From a virus, in the IMG/VR virus record IMGVR_UViG_3300031417_000380: DNA of 37,953 nt. One strand, written 5' to 3'. The position numbers and the translations under genes are program-made. This document shows, piece by piece, positions 35,769 through 37,953 of the stretch. Each line of letters starts with the position of its first letter. The first letter of the stretch is position 1. Below the pieces are notes generated by a model that was not told where the DNA came from, did not search any database, and saw only the letters and a program-made list of their open reading frames with translations.

Positions 35769-35915
35769 AAGGCCGGGCAGCGGCCGGTCTTAGGGCTCAC
35801 TCCTACGTGGTGACCCGCTAAGAGCAAGGTTCTAGAAATCCTGTCCATTTTCTCGATTCACCATCTTCGACAGTGGTGATCAAGACGTAGGCGCGATCAC
35901 AGTACTGGACTCAAG
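35769..35915 (+). ncRNA. structured 5' leader RNA, copy 1
   Basis: begins 6 nt after TACTAT (-10); repeated at 37103-37250 with compensatory changes. Confidence 0.7.
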
Positions 35916-37040
35916 ATGACCAAGAATCGCTTCGACAAGCTAGCTATCCGTAACGAGATGGCTCTCACCGGCGCTCCGTACTCCGTAGCAGCACGCTCGG
36001 CAGAGAACTTCCCGCTCACCTCCTGGCTCTCACTCGACACCGCCATCGGCGGCTTCCGACGAGGCCGCTTCTATGCAGTAGGCGCTCAAACTGGAGGCTG
36101 GAAATCAGCCTTTGCTGCGAATCTCGCTGTTAAGTTCGCTCAGGCAAATCGTAAGACGGCTTACTTCTCGCTCGAGGCTACTCAAAGTGAGGTTGCGCTT
36201 CGACTTCTCGGGGCAGCGACAGATGTGTCACTCGCTGATCTAAAGAACGGTGTGGCTAAAAGCTCTCAAGAGCTTGACCATGCTGTCAAGATGCTCGAGC
36301 GTTCAGTTACTGTCAACGATAGCTCTAGACAGAGTGCTGATAGCATCAGAGAGTACGTTGAGAGTCGACCAGAACTTGAAGCCGTCATCATCGACTACGC
36401 TCAGCTTCTTGATTCACCTACCGAGGATATTGTGGCCGGCGTCTCGAGAGCCGAGCTTCTGGCTCGAGCTTCTCGTACTCTAAAGAGCCTAGCTGTAGAG
36501 CTAAACATCCCGGTGATTCTTCTTGTGCAGATGAATCAGAGCGGGGCCAGAGCGCAGTTCCGTGAGACCGGAGCTATTGAGCAGGACGCTGATTGCATCT
36601 TCGTGCTTGACTCCAAGTCAAAGCCTGGAGTTGTCATTCTTAACTTAGTGAAGAATCGTGACGGCGAGCACAAGTCTTTCGAGCTGCTCATTTCGGGCCG
36701 CGGATCGCTTCGGCTTGAGGACAAACTAAAGATCAAGTCACTTACGGCTAATGACTTCACTATGCCGTGGAATGAGACTCTCACATTCCCGTTCTTCGCT
36801 GATGACCAGGGTGATGGTTACTGGGCTCACGGCTCTATTAATGACGATGAGTTTGCTCGTGGGGTGAATCACTACGACGAACTTTGTAACGCCCAGTGGG
36901 ACTACCCGCTTCAAGCTGCTGGAGTAGTCAAGCACATCGGTGTTGGCGCCTACAGCGTTGACCACTCTGATGAGGATTGGCGAATCTACCCGTGCCCGCC
37001 GAACTTCCCCGGTGCTTTCGTGGTGAAGACTCTGGGATAA
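35916..37040 (+). CDS. DnaB-like (SF4) helicase C-terminal ATPase domain protein with extra C-terminal domain
   Basis: LDTAIGGF..GAQTGGWKS (Walker A), YFSLE, VIIDYAQLL (Walker B), LKSLAVELNIPV..Q, ETGAIEQDAD, KNRDG. Confidence 0.88.
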   Translation: MTKNRFDKLAIRNEMALTGAPYSVAARSAENFPLTSWLSLDTAIGGFRRGRFYAVGAQTGGWKSAFAANLAVKFAQANRKTAYFSLEATQSEVALRLLGAATDVSLADLKNGVAKSSQELDHAVKMLERSVTVNDSSRQSADSIREYVESRPELEAVIIDYAQLLDSPTEDIVAGVSRAELLARASRTLKSLAVELNIPVILLVQMNQSGARAQFRETGAIEQDADCIFVLDSKSKPGVVILNLVKNRDGEHKSFELLISGRGSLRLEDKLKIKSLTANDFTMPWNETLTFPFFADDQGDGYWAHGSINDDEFARGVNHYDELCNAQWDYPLQAAGVVKHIGVGAYSVDHSDEDWRIYPCPPNFPGAFVVKTLG

Positions 37041-37102
37041 GCCTACACGCCCGGCCTTGGGAAAGTAGCACACGTTTTAGCGTAACGTGATACTATGGAC
37101 TC

Positions 37103-37250
37103 AAGGCCGGGCAGCGGCCGGTCTTAGGGCCCTCTCCTACGCGGAGTGTTCGCTAAGAGCAAGGTTCTCGGAATCCTGTCGTAACGAACTCGATTCATCA
37201 TCTTAGTAGACGGTGGTTGAGCGTAGGTCGATCACTCGTTGGGATTCAAG
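37103..37250 (+). ncRNA. structured 5' leader RNA, copy 2
   Basis: 32-nt and 18-nt blocks identical to copy 1; same TACTAT-N6 start. Confidence 0.7.
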
Positions 37251-37953
37251 ATGACGAAGAACCGCGCTGAAAAGCACTCCGCTCGCGCTCGCATGGCCAC
37301 CAACTCGGAGCCGTACTCGGTCGCTGCTCGCGCCGTCGCGCCTCTCTCAAGCTGGAGCTCGCTGGACGACGCTCTCAACGGAGGGTTTAAGCCAGGCCAG
37401 GTCTATCTGGTAACGGCTCCCAGCGGAACCCACAAGTCGAGGCTCGCCACGAATCTGATCGCTAAGTTCGCTCTTGGTAAGCACCGAGTGCTCTCGATGG
37501 CCAGCTCGCTTAACTCTTTTGTCTTCAACACCGCTGTTCTGGAGGCTGCCTCCGGCGAGAACTCGTCAAACTGGCGTCTTGAGACCGAGAAGAGCGACCT
37601 CTTCAAGACCATCTTTATCGAGTTGAAGCCGTACATGAGCCACTTTGCCCAGGCTTACTCGGCAGCTGAAATCGACACCTATCTCACTGAAGAGAAGCAC
37701 GATGTGCTGGTCATTAACAGCTTCGAGGATTCTATCGGCGTCTGGCGGCGCGTATCTGCCCGTAACGACACTGATGCTCGTGCACTCAAAGATGTCGCTA
37801 TGAAGCATAACATCCCGGTAATTGTCTTCGCGACCACGCACTACGAGACTTCTGAGCTCGTAAACCCTGTACTCGCTGAGGTGGCTGACACCTCAATCGA
37901 GCTTTCTGCTCGCGATAGAGATAAAGAGCTTATCGTGACGAAGAACCGTAGCA
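37251..37953 (+). CDS. degenerate DnaB-like ATPase paralog, runs off window end (absent from ORF track)
   Basis: manual translation MTKNRAEKHSARARMATNSEPYSVAAR..LDDALNGGFKPG..APSGTHKS..VLVINSF..LKDVAMKHNIPVIV..ADTSI..VTKNR, no stop before window end. Confidence 0.8.
   Translation, partial: MTKNRAEKHSARARMATNSEPYSVAARAVAPLSSWSSLDDALNGGFKPGQVYLVTAPSGTHKSRLATNLIAKFALGKHRVLSMASSLNSFVFNTAVLEAASGENSSNWRLETEKSDLFKTIFIELKPYMSHFAQAYSAAEIDTYLTEEKHDVLVINSFEDSIGVWRRVSARNDTDARALKDVAMKHNIPVIVFATTHYETSELVNPVLAEVADTSIELSARDRDKELIVTKNRS

Noticed and set aside
35786-35825. HDV/theta-like ribozyme fold in leader copy 1 (GGUC/GACC, GCUC/GAGC, UCCUACGU loop, CUAA)
   Set aside because: P1 would be only 4 bp and copy 2 breaks both putative P1 and P2, while the nested stem plus pseudoknot model fits both copies
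35916-37040. Calling this the replicative helicase dnaB
   Set aside because: Lacks the N-terminal primase-binding domain, has a non-canonical Walker A, and no replication genes are adjacent
35768-37059. 11-bp inverted repeats as transposon terminal repeats
   Set aside because: No transposase, no target-site duplication outside the repeats, and the left end coincides with the predicted TSS; RNA pairing explains it better
1-37953. CRISPR array, tRNA or rRNA
   Set aside because: No regularly spaced repeats or cloverleaf/T-loop signatures seen in the few intergenic gaps by eye

Overview
Gene-dense window of short, mostly hypothetical ORFs with no rRNA, tRNA, CRISPR, transposase or virion structural gene that I can support. 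The many SigA-like promoters (TTGCGT-N17-TAnnnT), the leaderless starts, the long U-poor terminator hairpins and the Fpg/Nei gene point to a large actinobacterial mobile genome such as a jumbo phage or giant plasmid-like element (inference). Main content: (1) an operon at 1-7726 with nine divergent WYL-like paralogs led by a YezG/DUF600-like gene; (2) many other tandem paralog pairs and triplets; (3) a Nei glycosylase, a DUF4238 protein and a NUDIX hydrolase; (4) an HNH / DUF262 (GmrS-like) / HNH cluster; (5) two tandem DnaB-C-like ATPase genes, each behind a ~147-nt structured leader with a covarying pseudoknot, where the first gene's 3' flank is complementary to the leader. Also seen: a dispersed ~135-nt intergenic repeat, an ATT-initiated paralog missed by the ORF track, and strong AGCT enrichment in the one stretch counted. 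All family calls are by motif recognition only; no searches were run.
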